The translations under genes and the position numbers were made by a program. The notes beneath the pieces are model-generated. The model had not been told where the DNA came from. It saw nothing but the letters and a program-made list of their open reading frames with translations, and made no database searches. A stretch of DNA of 63,090 bases, the filler included, from Hausera hauseri (taxonomy: Eukaryota): the NCBI GenBank assembly GCA_046269625.1. It is 11 parts of 11 records of this genome, joined end to end, with 100 filler letters (N's around TTAATTAATTAA, not from the genome) between each part and the next. Parts side by side here need not be neighbours in the genome. Positions count along the whole stretch, not along the records: positions 11,862 to 16,205 come from JBJURY010626108.1; positions 16,306 to 20,736 come from JBJURY010585778.1; positions 20,837 to 25,996 come from JBJURY010318716.1; positions 26,097 to 30,863 come from JBJURY010443690.1; 7 more parts are not named here. One strand, 5' to 3'. This document shows, piece by piece, positions 13,658-26,103 of the stretch (its first letter is position 1; each line of letters opens with the position of its first letter).

Positions 13658-14840
13658 ATGAGTAATTACAAACGATCAAATTCTGATTTAGCGGACATAC
13701 CAGGGTGCTGCGATTCTCCAACCCTACCCAAGCTGAGAAATGATGTGGACGGCTTGGATGCACCCGACGCCAACATGGCGACTTACGCCAAAATGGACAT
13801 TTTCGCGAACCAATTGTTGCCCAACAAATTCAGAAAAGATGACGACGTGGAGAAGTTCATCAAAGAATGTGAAAAATTCTTTAACTATATGAACACCCCG
13901 GCGGCGAAGCGGGAAATCATAATTGAATGTCTCTTGGAGGAAGAAGTACAAGAAAGATACGAGGCAGTAGATTCGAAAATAACTGGATATCAAAACCGCC
14001 TACGGAAAACTTTCGCCTGATCATCAAGGTTGTGCGAAGATTTGAAAGAGGCGCTTGAGTACAGAATGAATGGACAAGAACCGGAGGCTTACTTCGAGGC
14101 AATCGAGAAACTGCTGCATTAAATCAGGAAACATGATCTTTCACGAGAAATCCTAAAAGAGAAACTATTGTTTCAATGTTGTAACAATAGAGAGATGAGA
14201 AGAGAAATATGCCTCAGCGACAAACGAGACGTGGAAACAATAAAGGAGAAAATACGGAAGATACACGAGGTAAATATTAAGACAGAAAAAGTCAACACGG
14301 TTAAGAACTATCCGGGGATCGGTAGAAGAAGCTACCAGGAAGTGGCAGCACAAAATATCACGAAACTCGTTCCTAGAATCAACGATGCCAACTAGTCAAC
14401 CAAAATGTAAATTAAAGTGTTGGACATGCCAGAAGGAAGGACGTACGAGCAGAAATTGCACCATACAGGGACAAATTAAATGCTTTGGATGTGGAAAAGA
14501 AGGACACATAAACACGCAGTGTCCCGAAAGAAAACCGATAAGATGCTACGGATGTGGACAGCTAGGGCACATCAGGCGAAATTGTGCAAATCTTAGCTAT
14601 GCGAGATGTCACAATAGGGGACATGCAGAAAAGGAGAGCTACACCAGGCTGGAGGGTAAAAGAGGACCAGCATGGGATACATACAAAGTGAAAAGAAGAT
14701 ATGGGGATAATCTGAACAGAAGACGGGAGGAAGTCCCAAACGTAGAGGAAGAAGAAACAAAATCTGAACAGCAGTCAGTTGCCCCAAAAGGCAGAGCCCC
14801 AATAGAAGTGGAGAAAATCGTGGCATTACAATATATTTAG
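13658..14840 (+). pseudogene. gag: Ty3/Gypsy gag with tandem CCHC zinc knuckles (frameshifted)
   Basis: DDVEKFIKECEKFF capsid-like start; knuckles CWTCQKEGRTSRNC, CFGCGKEGHINTQC, CYGCGQLGHIRRNC and a degenerate fourth. Confidence 0.85.
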
Positions 14841-14857
14841 TCTCCCAAAATATAGTT

Positions 14858-16205
14858 ATGTATAGTAGTAGTAGTATATCAAACAGTATAGACGGATCGA
14901 GAAGAAGGGAATACGGAGATATAGCGATGGATAAAAGGATACACGAAAAAGTACGGAAATTTATGACAAAGGAAAATTTCCAGGAAGTATCCTTCAACGG
15001 AATGGAGGAAAGTGGGAACTATACGCAGATCTTCACGCTAGAAGAATTGTATCTCGAACAGATATCATACAGGAATTTTCATGGACGAAGAGGAATCAAA
15101 TTAAAGATTCAAAACAGATTAAAAGATTGCTCTTTGGACGGGGGCAGGGTAAAAGTCATAAGCATGAAGATCGTGGATAAACTTGCAAATACACACAGAA
15201 AAATCAGGTACCACACTATGATGTACGAACATTAGCCCCTTAGATTGCCTAGGCACACTGACAACAGACGTAAAAATCAAGGGTCTGAGGAGACGTGTGA
15301 CAGTCCTGGTAGTGTCGGAATAACACCCAGAAATAATATGTAGTGTGGACCTGCAAAAGGCACTCTGAATAGAACTGGGATGGAAATGCACGGAAACGGA
15401 AACACTACAGCAAGATATATGCAACCTGGAATCCACGTTCGGCTGTAAGGTGACTAACCAAGAACGAGTCAACATGGCGAACGAAGCTCTTCAGGTGAGT
15501 GACAACAAACAGCTACTCAATATTATACAGAAATACCCAGAAGTATTCATGACCGACAAGTGGGACATAGGGTGCACATCTCTATTCAAACAGCGTATAG
15601 AAACGACAGGAGCGCCGATCAATATCAAATTTCACAGGCAACCAGTAAACCTAGAAAAAAGATCGACGAGACGATCCGAAACCTATGAAAAAACGACATT
15701 ATCAAGCCAGGTAACTCAGCATGGAATATATCAATGATATGCGTATGGAAGAAAGACAAAAACGATGTCAGAATATGCCTGGACTTCAGACAGCTAAATT
15801 TTATAACGGAATGGCAGGTTTTCCCCATGCCTAACGTGGTATAAATATTGGACAGGTTATACGGGACCACGTTTTTCACGTCAATCGACTTAGGGAATGC
15901 ATAGTACCAAGTGTAACTAGACGAAGACTCCAAATTGAAGACGGCATTTTCAACCAAATTAGAGTAGTTCTGTTTCAACAGGATGCCATTCGGTATAGCA
16001 GCAGCAACGGGAACCTTCCAAGAACTAAGAAATAAAGTTCTATGGGACATTGAACAAACAGTGGTATACCTAGATGATATATTAATATTCTCTAAGACTC
16101 TAGAAGAGCATTGTAGAATACTAGAAAAGGTATTGCAGTGGATCAAGGAAGCAGATCTCACAAAAAATCCAGAGAAATGTCACATCCTCAAGAAAGAAGT
16201 AAAAT
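14858..16205 (+). pseudogene. pol: Ty3/Gypsy pol (protease remnant + RT), degraded and cut by the linker
   Basis: DKWDIGCT, RICLDFRQLN, MPFGIAAATGTFQ, VVYLDDILIFSKT. Confidence 0.9.
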
Positions 16206-18399
16206 NNNNNNNNNNNNNNNNNNNNNNNNNNNNNNNNNNNNNNNNNNNNTTAATTAATTAANNNNNNNNNNNNNNNNNNNNNNNNNNNNNNNNNNNNNNN
16301 NNNNNAAATGCCCAAAATAGAAATCAAAGAAATGATAGAAATTTTAGTAATAACCGTAATACATTCAGCTCATATAATAAATTAGGTTATAATCCTGATA
16401 GAAACCAAGGTAGTTACTGAACCTATGTTAAATGTACGGATAATCGGAGTAATGATAATAGATATGATGCAGATAATAGACAAATGTTACAGGGCCAGAA
16501 TAAAAATACAAACAGAGCGAAATCGCCTGTAAATGAGTATGGCAGACAAAGGATTCGTCGGAATGGAAATTTAATGTTTTACATGTGGCAAAGAAGGACA
16601 TATCGCTAGGTCATGCACAAATCCTAGAAGTGTCACATTTACTAAACCGAACAAGACAAGTATGATTAAAAATAATTTAAAAGCCATTTATGGTAAACAA
16701 GGCGATATAAGCCTGATCATTGAAATGCAAGATCTACGTAGATCTGTAAGAAATCTAGGCGAAACTACAAATCCTCAAGTAATGAAGGCTAGAAACGAAT
16801 ATGAAAAGAAATTACGACTAATGGAAGTCTATCATGGTTTAAGAGAACCACAAACCGAAGAAGAATGGGTATTGGCTCCAAATAATACTAATATGGCGCG
16901 TAAGAAATCTATTCCGCGAGGAATAGCCCAATCGGAGGAACCATCGACATCCCAAAATGTAGACTTAAACGCGGAAATAGAAGTAGTAACACATAATCTA
17001 GATGAAACAACGGATGAATTCGAAAGTGAAATTATTGGACCCTTAGTCCTTAAAATAACGAAGAATAGATGTAGAAGCCCATCAGCTAAGAGAATATCTA
17101 AGAACCGCTCACGGTCTCCTATAAGAAAAGATTTATATCCTGCTGTGCTAAGAGATGATTCGCCCTTGGATACTTCCAGCATGCAAATAGGGATTCCAGA
17201 AATCTTGGAGACACCAGAGATAATAAATATTAATGACGAAATTAATGAAATCTGTCCGCTTCCCGCTAGTGAGGAAGAAACGGACGATAATAATGATCCT
17301 GATACAAAAAATGGAAAGTTCGACGTTAATGGAAGAATGCCGATGACTTAAAGAAGATGAGAATTAGGTGTCACAGTCCAGAAATACTCCGACACAATTT
17401 AGAGAGGCTTAAACAGATCAGTAAACAAACAGACATATCTGGTAAGGAACAACAATTTGCGGAGAAATTATACAAGAGTTTAAAATTATGCAGTGAAGGG
17501 AAACCCGATGAAGCAAATGAAGTAAGACAACCGGATACGTTGATAAAATGGAACCACGAATTAGAATCGTGGATTAAAAGTGGAGTTAAATTTTCGGAAG
17601 GATGGAATAAAGACGAAGTTAATATCGGAGCAAAAGTCGCTGAAGCGCAAACACTACTATCTACTCTAGAAGCTAATCCCAAGTTGAAGATAATAGCCCG
17701 TAACTTAGAACGTAAAATGGATGAAATGCGTTCTGCAATGATTAATCGGCGTAGAGAAACACCGGTTAGTGATCGACGTAATATCGATTTAGAAATATTG
17801 GGTGTAGACCCGATATACATTCCTCCTTTAATGGAGGTGATAAAAATCGCCTTTGTCGAAAACAGACGATGTGCGGACTTAGAGAACCGCATCAAAATTG
17901 AGGATGAAAAAAGATCACAGATCAGCAGTGCAAGAAATCGAATTATGTTTATAAGCAACGAAGAAACTCAATACGTAATAAAAGCTTGTATCGTAGAACT
18001 GGACGAATATAAGGACGAGTTTAGTTATGATAGTCTAATTATGAATTTCCTAAGAGGGCCGGACGATGAGTTAAAAGATACGTATAAGATGTTAGGTAAG
18101 GCTATAATGGCGAAACCAGTAATCGCAAAACAATTGTCGGAATGACCCGAATTAGTAAACCGACTAAGTAAATTAGTAGAAGACCGCAAAAAAGAATTTC
18201 TCTAAAGCGAGCCAATGGTAAAGAAGCAGCTAGGACAAAGTGCACATGATCTAGCCACAATAAGAATAGAAATAGACATTCGTACTCAATTCGAAGCGCT
18301 AAGACGACTAAAATTTATGAAAAAGAAACAAGAAGCGTCCATATGGGAGGAAATATACAAATTAATCGAAGAGACGAACTTTACGGAACAGCCGAATAC

Positions 18400-18565
18400 G
18401 ATTAATGATGTAAACGCAAAGTTAAGAATTGTCCGACTAGAATGCGTCCAACACTTAACGGATAAACCTATCGACTAGATCTCTGCCCAAGACATTGAAA
18501 TCTTAGACATATGTCCGGGACATCGAAATACGTTAACAGACGCAATAAAATTCTTGCATAAACTA
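18400..18565 (+). pseudogene. SAM-like domain within the accessory polyprotein
   Basis: DVNAKLRIVRL...ID*ISAQDIEILDICPGHRNTLTDAIKFL resembles the SAM pattern DL.ELGI...GHR.KIL.AI..L. Confidence 0.5.
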
Positions 18566-19398
18566 CAAGAATGGATGACCGGATAAGACCAGAATTTCCA
18601 TACCAAGTTGACAAAAATAAGAGATAACCCACATTTTAGCTTTCAGGAACACAAGTTCGTAAAAAAATTGTCGGATGCAATGGACCCCGACTCAAAAGTC
18701 ATAAATGAGATGTACGAGTTTGCCTATCTATTGGTAGAAATGGCAGAGATTAGTGATGAGAAGATGAGGCAATTAATGCCCAAAATACAGAAAGTAGAAG
18801 AAACATGTATTAAAACAAAAGAAATAACAGCGAGACTAGATGAACTAACAAAAGAGTTTGAAGACTACCGAAATAAATACGCTTTTACGGAATCAGAAAT
18901 TAAAAATAAGCTAGAAATTGTACAGAGATGGCAAAGAGATGTAATTATTGAACTAACCGACCATTACCAAAAGGGATTTATCAATGATAACGAGTTAAGC
19001 GAATTATTGAAAATGATTCAATATGCCTGTGAAAACGGAATAGGATTCCGAACTATGCAGATGAAAGAAATACAACCAAAATAGAAAGAAATTTGAGAAA
19101 ATGTACAAAGAACGAACATAGCTCTGGTAGACTATGGACTTCCAGATATGAGAAATTAACCAGAATGGGATGTGTACTTAGAAGAAATAACGGTCGGAAA
19201 TCCGGTAACTCCAATACACCTAGAGGAAATAGAAATGTATCAGCAGAACAGGAAATACAATCTAGAGATGCTCCTGGACTCAGAATTAACCGAGAAGGAC
19301 CTGGTGGAATCAACTAACGTGAATATGACTGAAAATAAGCTCAGGCAACTTATTCCGACCTTGACTAAACTATCTAGCGAAAAACGATTTACAGCACG

Positions 19399-19893
19399 GT
19401 GCCGAAACTTCTGATAAAAAGATATGCAGACATTTTGAAGACTAAACCCGAGGTAATGATGAAAATAATGATATTATCCGAGTTGATGGAAGAAAAAGAA
19501 TGTGAATTTATTACACATTTCTATGTAAAAGACGTAAGAGAATGGTTACTGAACAATGGCGGAACAAATGAATTAAAACACAGATTTTACTTTAGAGGAA
19601 GAATACTTGGCGATTTAGAACAGTTAGTAGATATCGGAATCATTCCCGACGAAACAAATCGAATAATAGTAATAATAGCCAATGAACAGACGAAAGAAGA
19701 AGCCACACGGAAGGCTAAAACGGAACAATGTGTAGGACAAATCTTGGGAGTACGAGACCCTGCAATGTATTTCGAGTATTTACAAACAGATGAAGACAAA
19801 GAGCAATATGACAAGAATCTAGTACCGTTAAGTGGAATGCCAACGAATGCTCCAAAACCGAAACGCCCAGTAGGCAGACCCAGGAAGCCTTGA
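19399..19893 (+). CDS. Polyprotein fragment: ubiquitin-like domain + AT-hook
   Basis: HRFYFRGRILGDLEQLVDIGI resembles ubiquitin [20 protein letters not shown]; C-terminal KRPVGRPRK. Confidence 0.65.
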   Translation: MPKLLIKRYADILKTKPEVMMKIMILSELMEEKECEFITHFYVKDVREWLLNNGGTNELKHRFYFRGRILGDLEQLVDIGIIPDETNRIIVIIANEQTKEEATRKAKTEQCVGQILGVRDPAMYFEYLQTDEDKEQYDKNLVPLSGMPTNAPKPKRPVGRPRKP

Positions 19894-20389
19894 GAAGAAA
19901 TTGACTATAATGGAGAACTGATTAGAGGATTAAGACAAATGTCGATTCCTACTTTCAGTACAGATAATGAAGAATTAAGCGAGTTAATGAAAAATTTAAT
20001 ACGTATCGTAAATTATTCGAGTCTCCGCGGAGATACATTAGACGAGAAAGAAAAGTCAATATTTAACGCAGCTAGAACAATGAGAAGTTCGCGTTTCAAA
20101 CTGTCAAAAGTAGCCTAACTGACGACGTAATAGTCGAGAAGATCACGGTGGAGAATACGATAGAAAAGCTGAGAAAAGTGTTATTGTACTTGGCAATTAA
20201 GACAAATCCTAATCGAGAAAATGAACTAAATCGAGCTACGAGTTTGGCACAAAAAGGTCTAGAAAACTCCCGTGTGAAGTAAATTGGCCAAAATTGTTTG
20301 ACAAGGAAGAAGAAAAAAGAAATAACAACAGACTCGAAGACGTCATACGGAACTTGACGACAACGGATAATAACAACCGAAAGAATGAA

Positions 20390-20736
20390 TCTAATTGGTT
20401 AGTCAGTTTGCTCACCATAATGATGTTAATAAAACAAATTGGTGCTGTTACCGTCCACGATTGTGATTGATTTAAGCTTGGACAGAAATACTCACTGATG
20501 GACTTAGAAGCATGTGAAGATGCCAGACCACATAAATTGGAAACAAAAGAAAAGAACTATTTTCTATACCAACAACAAGAATTGATACCTCTGGATGGCA
20601 TGGAATGTATGCTGAGACGATCTCGTAGTATTTTTCATTGTGGACTAATGCACGGACACTCCTCAATAATTAAACCAACAACTCCCCCAATTCCCATGAA
20701 TTTGGAAAGGCAACATTGTAAACAAGCCCGAGAAAC
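20390..20736 (+). pseudogene. env: Signal peptide and N-terminus of chuvirus-type glycoprotein
   Basis: WLVSLLTIMMLIKQIGAVTVHDCD...YSLMDLEACEDARP...LYQQQE...IFHCG. Confidence 0.75.
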
Positions 20737-20836
20737 NNNNNNNNNNNNNNNNNNNNNNNNNNNNNNNNNNNNNNNNNNNNTTAATTAATTAANNNNNNNN
20801 NNNNNNNNNNNNNNNNNNNNNNNNNNNNNNNNNNNN

Positions 20837-22948
20837 CTTTTTGGGACAGGAACGAATAAGTACGATTTACAGAAAGTCAAAACGAGAGCCGCTACGAAAG
20901 AGAGGATTTTTTCCTTGGAAGGATTGGCGGAAAATAGTATCACTTATGATAAACTACAAGGACACCCAGGTATAAAAATAAAGATAGAAAATAGATGAAA
21001 AGACTACCTATTGGATACAAAGGTACTGGCGAACCTGATGAGTAGGAAGATTTTTGGAAGATTGACAGATGTCTAGATAGAGAAATCAGATATCACGCTC
21101 CGTTGTGCAAATGGTAGCCCGCTAGATTGCATGGATGAACTGTCCGTAAATGGGGAACTCAAGGGAGTACAGAAGCGCGTAACTTTCATATCAGTGACAG
21201 ACATATCACGGAAAATAATAGGAGGAATGGAACTATAAAAGACTTTTGAAATCGAATTATGTTGGAGACAGAAAGATGTGGAAGAACAAAGGTATGATGT
21301 ATGGAACTTAGATGCAAAATTTGATCGAAAAGTGACGAATGAAAAACGATTCAAAAGAGCAAAGGAGATTCTGCGAATAAACAAAAACCCAGTGATATTG
21401 GACATAGTACAAAAGAACCAAGAAGTCTTCATGGACGACAAGTGGGATATCGGCTGCACAACATTGATCGAGCATAGAATAGACAACAAAGGTGCACCAA
21501 TTGACATCAAACCGCATAGACAACCAGTGAATCTGAAAGTAAAATCGATAAAACCATTCAAAACTTATGGGAAAACATCAAGATGATCTGTGTCTGGAAG
21601 AAAGAGAAAAATCATATTAGAATTTGTCTAGACTTTAGACTGTTGAACCTCGTCACAGAAAGAAGAGCGTGCCAAATGCCAAATATGATGAAAATGATGG
21701 ATAAACTATATGGGGCTAGATATTTCACGTCAATCGATCTGTGAAGCGCATACTACCAGGTGGAACTAAAGGAAGAATCCAAGTTGAAAACAGCTTTGTC
21801 GACTAAACAGGGACAATTTTGTTTCAACACAATGCCTTTTGGAATAACAGTATAACCGGGTACATTCCAAGAACTAATGACCAAAGTACTGGGAGATATG
21901 GAACAAACTACAGTGTACCTAGACGATATATTAATATTTTCGAAATCATTAGAAGAACATTATATAATACTAGAGAAAGTACCAGATCAAATCAAAAAGG
22001 CGTGACTGAGAATAAACCCAGAAAAAAGGAGGTAAAATTCTTAGGACACATTGTGAATAACAAAGGAATACAAACGGATCCCTCCAAACTGGGCGCCATC
22101 AGATCGTTCGAGAAACCAAAATGCGTAAAAGTCTGAGAAGCTTTTTAGGGATTTGCAATTATTACAGGAAATTTATTCAAGGGTACGCCACAAAAGCTAA
22201 GGCATTAGAACAGATGTGAGGACTGAACAACAAAAAACTGGTATTGACCGAGTCTTGCAACGAAACATTTGAAGCAATGAAGATGGATTTGGTGTCCCCG
22301 CCAATACTAGGTTCCCAGACTTTAAGAAGGAATTTATTCTGGATACTGATGCTAGCTTTGATACGAATGGAGCAGTATTATCACAGAAATACATCGTCGG
22401 ACACGAAAAAGTGATTGCATACGGGTCACACGGAATGAATAATCATAAAAAGGGCTATTGCATTACACGCAATGAATTGCTGGCTATGTACTACGTCTAT
22501 CAACATTTTAATCATTACTTGTATAAAAAAAATTTACACTGAGAACGGACAACTAGGCCATTACCTTTATGTTGAAAACAAAAAAGCCGATAACAGCGCA
22601 ATTCCAAACCTGTATAAACTATCTGTTAAGTTTAGACATATGACTGGAATCCAGAAAAGGAACTGATAATGCAAACGCCATGTTATCCGGGACTAATTAC
22701 GGCACATGCAGTCAATGCTTGTTAGATCACGAAGAGGCCAAAACCCATAAGATCAAGACTCAGAGGATAAACGCAGTTGAAGCAAAAGTAGCACATTCAT
22801 ATCAAAAAGACAGCAAAGAAGTTTAAGAAATACAAGAAGACACCTCAAAGAAAGAGCATTATAAATTCTTGGTAGAAAATGGCATAGTGAAGACAAGAAC
22901 AGGCAAGATATGGATACCAACGGATAAGAAGGAGGAAATGATAAATAA
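20837..22948 (+). pseudogene. pol: Ty3/Gypsy pol (PR-RT-RH), degraded; same family as the contig-3 element
   Basis: DKWDIGCT, RICLDFRLLN, MPFG, YLDDILIFSKS, VKFLGHIV, FILDTDASF. Confidence 0.9.
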
Positions 22949-23290
22949 TTTGATACGCATATAACTGGCCTCACCTAAACCAATATAAATAACCAAATGG
23001 ACCCAATAGATTTCTATCACAAGGTAGCGGAAATCATCGCGGATAAAGTGTTGATCGGAACCGACGTAATCGAAATGCTTGTAAACCATTTCAAATGTCC
23101 AATCAGGCGGATAGCAGGAGTTCGTAATATCTTATATCACAAATAGGTTATCCGCAAGTACCAGTTGTCAACAAGTACATGTAAGGAACTTGCACGAAAG
23201 TTCTATGATACGAAGGTATTTCCCCTTCGCAACACTGTCTTAGTGCAGTGCTATCAAGCTATCTATAGACAAATAAAATGGACGGACGAA
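22949..23290 (+). pseudogene. Degenerate DEDDh (REX4/ISG20-like) exonuclease C-terminal half
   Basis: FDTHITGLT*...FYHKVAEIIADKVLIG...IAGVRNILYH...TCKELARKFY...YQAIYRQI; homologous to 53984-54500. Confidence 0.55.
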
Positions 23291-23366
23291 TTCGTATCAC
23301 AGAATCTGGCTTCCTATAGTGTGCGAACAGCACCAACCACGTCACAATGTGGTAGAAGAAAAAAGT

Positions 23367-24250
23367 TGCAAGTGGACGAGACAATTGTGGCGGATGACGA
23401 AATCTACAAACCAGAGTCAATTCGAAACAAATCAAAAACAACTGACAAATTCATCTGCACGCCCCTATCTCTTGATCAATAAAATGGAACAATTTCTTCG
23501 ATCTCCCGTCGATTGTTTCTTCTGATTTTACTAATTGATTATGGACAATATTAACTGACAGAACTGCCGACTTAATTGATTATCGACATTAGTAACTGAT
23601 TGAACTATGGTCTATTATCATTATTAACTGACTGAATTGTTATGTGGTATCATTTTTTGATTAGTGAACATTAATATTGTATATAGTATTCATATGGAAA
23701 ATTTTATTATGTATGATGTAACTTTTATGTAAATCTAAGGAATTTTATTGGTAAAATCACGCATTATTATGAACAAAGTCTGTAATCAGACAAGTATATA
23801 AAGACGTGATATTTTAGACTTAGTGAACACGAATATTCTTATGATTTCACGTAAGCGTTTAGTTTTGATATTTGTTATTGTTAATGGCATTGTTTTTTTG
23901 TTCTGAGCGTTAATTATATTTTTCTTTTGTTATTTAGATATTGTTCAGTAACTAGGTAAATTAATAAACATCTATAATTAATTGGCATTATTGGTCGACC
24001 AAGTTAATCCTACCTGACGATCACCCATATAATTTAACTGAATACATAGGTAAATAAAACTTAGTAAGTAAACGATAAGTAAAGACATTGTCCTCTACAT
24101 ATTACTCACCAAGAAGTAGGTAAGCTTCGATACAATCTATCTCGGCAATCCCATCTATCGCGTTTAAGTAAAGATATGTGTTAGTAGTTGAAGGTGGGCC
24201 CTATCCAACACCCAACTATAACAATGATTACAATTCCTAATTTAGGTGAT
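23367..24250 (+). repeat. Probable 3' LTR following a purine tract
   Basis: ggtagaagaaaaaagt then TG; TATA-like gtatataaag ~23794 and AATAAA ~23963; the distal boundary is uncertain. Confidence 0.4.
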
Positions 24251-24932
24251 ATTATTTGAGCAGATAAGTTTTAACGTTCTCGTTAGAATTTTTGCACTAT
24301 TTTAAGATGGTTATACTGCGTGCGGTGATTCTCGACCTAGCTATGAATTTTAAAACAATTTTAAAACTTAGTGCAGTGCAAGTCCCTCGTAAGGAGCGAT
24401 GGAAAACTTTAGGAGATTTTAAGACACAAAAAATTTATTTAATAACAATAAATATACCACACCGATAACAAGAATGTCGGATCAGAAATACAAGTAGTTT
24501 TCAACAACGAATGAATGTCTCGAATCTAATTGTCAAGTACTTCGAAATCTTGGAATAACTAAACAATTCGACTGATAGTAATGTTCGCTAATTAATATTC
24601 GACAGATTAACAATGCTGACTGAACAATCGTTGAATAATAACTGACTAACAATGACAAATACTGTCTCTGTACATCGACTTATATAGTAATTCTGGACTC
24701 GTTTATTTACAATTGAATGTCCTTTATTTTTGTGTAAAATTTTCAAATTAAATCAATTTATTTTGTCGGTTTATTTCATATATTGGACAGTTTATATTCT
24801 GGTTACAATTGTTTACTTTTTATAAATTGACTGTATTGATAATATATGCAATTACTGAACTTTATAATTCAACGGTTTCGGTTTTCGTTTCGATTAGTGG
24901 TCTCGCTTATCATTTGGAATAACCATTTTACA
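24250..24932 (-). repeat. Probable 3' LTR (minus strand) with PPT at 24933-24947
   Basis: Minus strand reads aggaaggaaaaatga|TGTAAA; TATA-like ctatataa ~24685 and AATAAA ~24436; the distal boundary is uncertain. Confidence 0.5.
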
Positions 24933-25021
24933 TCATTTTTCCTTCCTGAACGGCACTCAGATGTGCTTATTGCGTCAGTAGAGGTACCGGGAAATCGGCG
25001 TAATCGGTCCATTAGTCCGCG

Positions 25022-25324
25022 TCAGTTCGCTTCCGAATCTGTTTCGTTTGACGGTGATTGCAAGTTTAAATGATAGGATGTAGTGGCCTTTTCAAGTAGT
25101 ATCTTCACTATTTTCTTGTTTTCTCCATTTGAGTAATATCTTAATCTCGTAGCTTCGGCTCTGCATACTGGAAAGGTCGTTTTCCCATTTTTCAGGGTCC
25201 ACGTTTCTAAGCAGTACCGGTAATACTTGTGATTGCAATCTTTGTTGTCTAGGACTACGAATCCTTGAAAGAGATCCGCGTCACAAACGGGACACTCTTC
25301 TTTTTCAGCTGCATCAATGTCCAC
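25022..25324 (-). CDS. RING-finger (C3HC4-like) domain, two ligands substituted
   Basis: CPVC...CNHKYYRYCLETW...TTFPVCR. Confidence 0.75.
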   Translation of the reverse strand: MDIDAAEKEECPVCDADLFQGFVVLDNKDCNHKYYRYCLETWTLKNGKTTFPVCRAEATRLRYYSNGENKKIVKILLEKATTSYHLNLQSPSNETDSEAN

Positions 25325-25465
25325 AAGGTTTTCGTCAACTTCTATTCTCTCATATACTAGTCCCCTTTTGTCTTGTTACAAGTATCCGTACAATCTCTTT
25401 TGATTGGGGTCTATTGAGCTTTTTCTTGGATCGTCGGATACCGCGACCAGGGTCCATTCTACTAT

Positions 25466-25837
25466 TTATTGTTTGTCCAAATAGGGTATGTCAGTCTTCT
25501 TATATTGTTTTTTTAGCTGAATTCTGACTTGGGTATCCACGGGAATTGTTAGTCTGTTGGTGCCGTTCTTTGATTGGAATATTGGGGCTAAGTATCTGCT
25601 GATAGTGTGATCTTTTCTGGCATACCCGTTTCCACTCACTATTCTTCTTGGGACGGTAAATACATAAAATATAGCCTCTTTGATTTTTCTTTTGCTATAG
25701 TATTCGGCCATGACGAGGATTCGTTTATATTCTTTCACTTGGCCAAATTCTGTGACGATAATTGGGATATCTTCCTCCCAATTCTTTCGAAGAACGTTAA
25801 CTTCCATTTTAAGGGATTTGGATTTAGTAATTTCCAA
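25466..25837 (-). CDS. Unknown accessory ORF fragment upstream of the RING, probably the same original gene
   Basis: Coding-like composition, same strand as the RING and adjacent to it. Confidence 0.4.
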   Translation of the reverse strand: MEITKSKSLKMEVNVLRKNWEEDIPIIVTEFGQVKEYKRILVMAEYYSKRKIKEAIFYVFTVPRRIVSGNGYARKDHTISRYLAPIFQSKNGTNRLTIPVDTQVRIQLKKQYKKTDIPYLDKQ

Positions 25838-26103
25838 CTGGTTTTCGATGTTTTTTTTTCTCGATTTGATAATTCTTTTTGATCGTTCATAGGTTCCTCG
25901 GGGATTAGTCTATCTGTCTCTGACCTTTTTTCGTCTATTGGGCCTTTGCTGGTCTTGCTTTTCTTTTTACTGATGTATTCCAGGAAGGAAGTTTTTNNNN
26001 NNNNNNNNNNNNNNNNNNNNNNNNNNNNNNNNNNNNNNNNTTAATTAATTAANNNNNNNNNNNNNNNNNNNNNNNNNNNNNNNNNNNNNNNNNNNNCCAC
26101 GTC

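Larger units (their letters stand above)
16306..20736 (+). mobile_element. Giant env-bearing Gypsy-like element, copy A: gag C-terminus, large accessory polyprotein and start of glycoprotein
   Basis: CFTCGKEGHIARSC (16575-16616) is in frame with ORF 16662-17351. ORFs 17357-18145, 18215-18478, 18608-19084, 19399-19893 and 20498-20736 are collinear and similar to 53662-49800 (-). Confidence 0.8.

Noticed and set aside
17371-17958. Long antisense ORFs (also 15625-16161, 21073-21561, 29195-29713, 50044-50724, 57830-58225)
   Set aside because: They are shadows opposite recognisable coding frames and have no motifs of their own.
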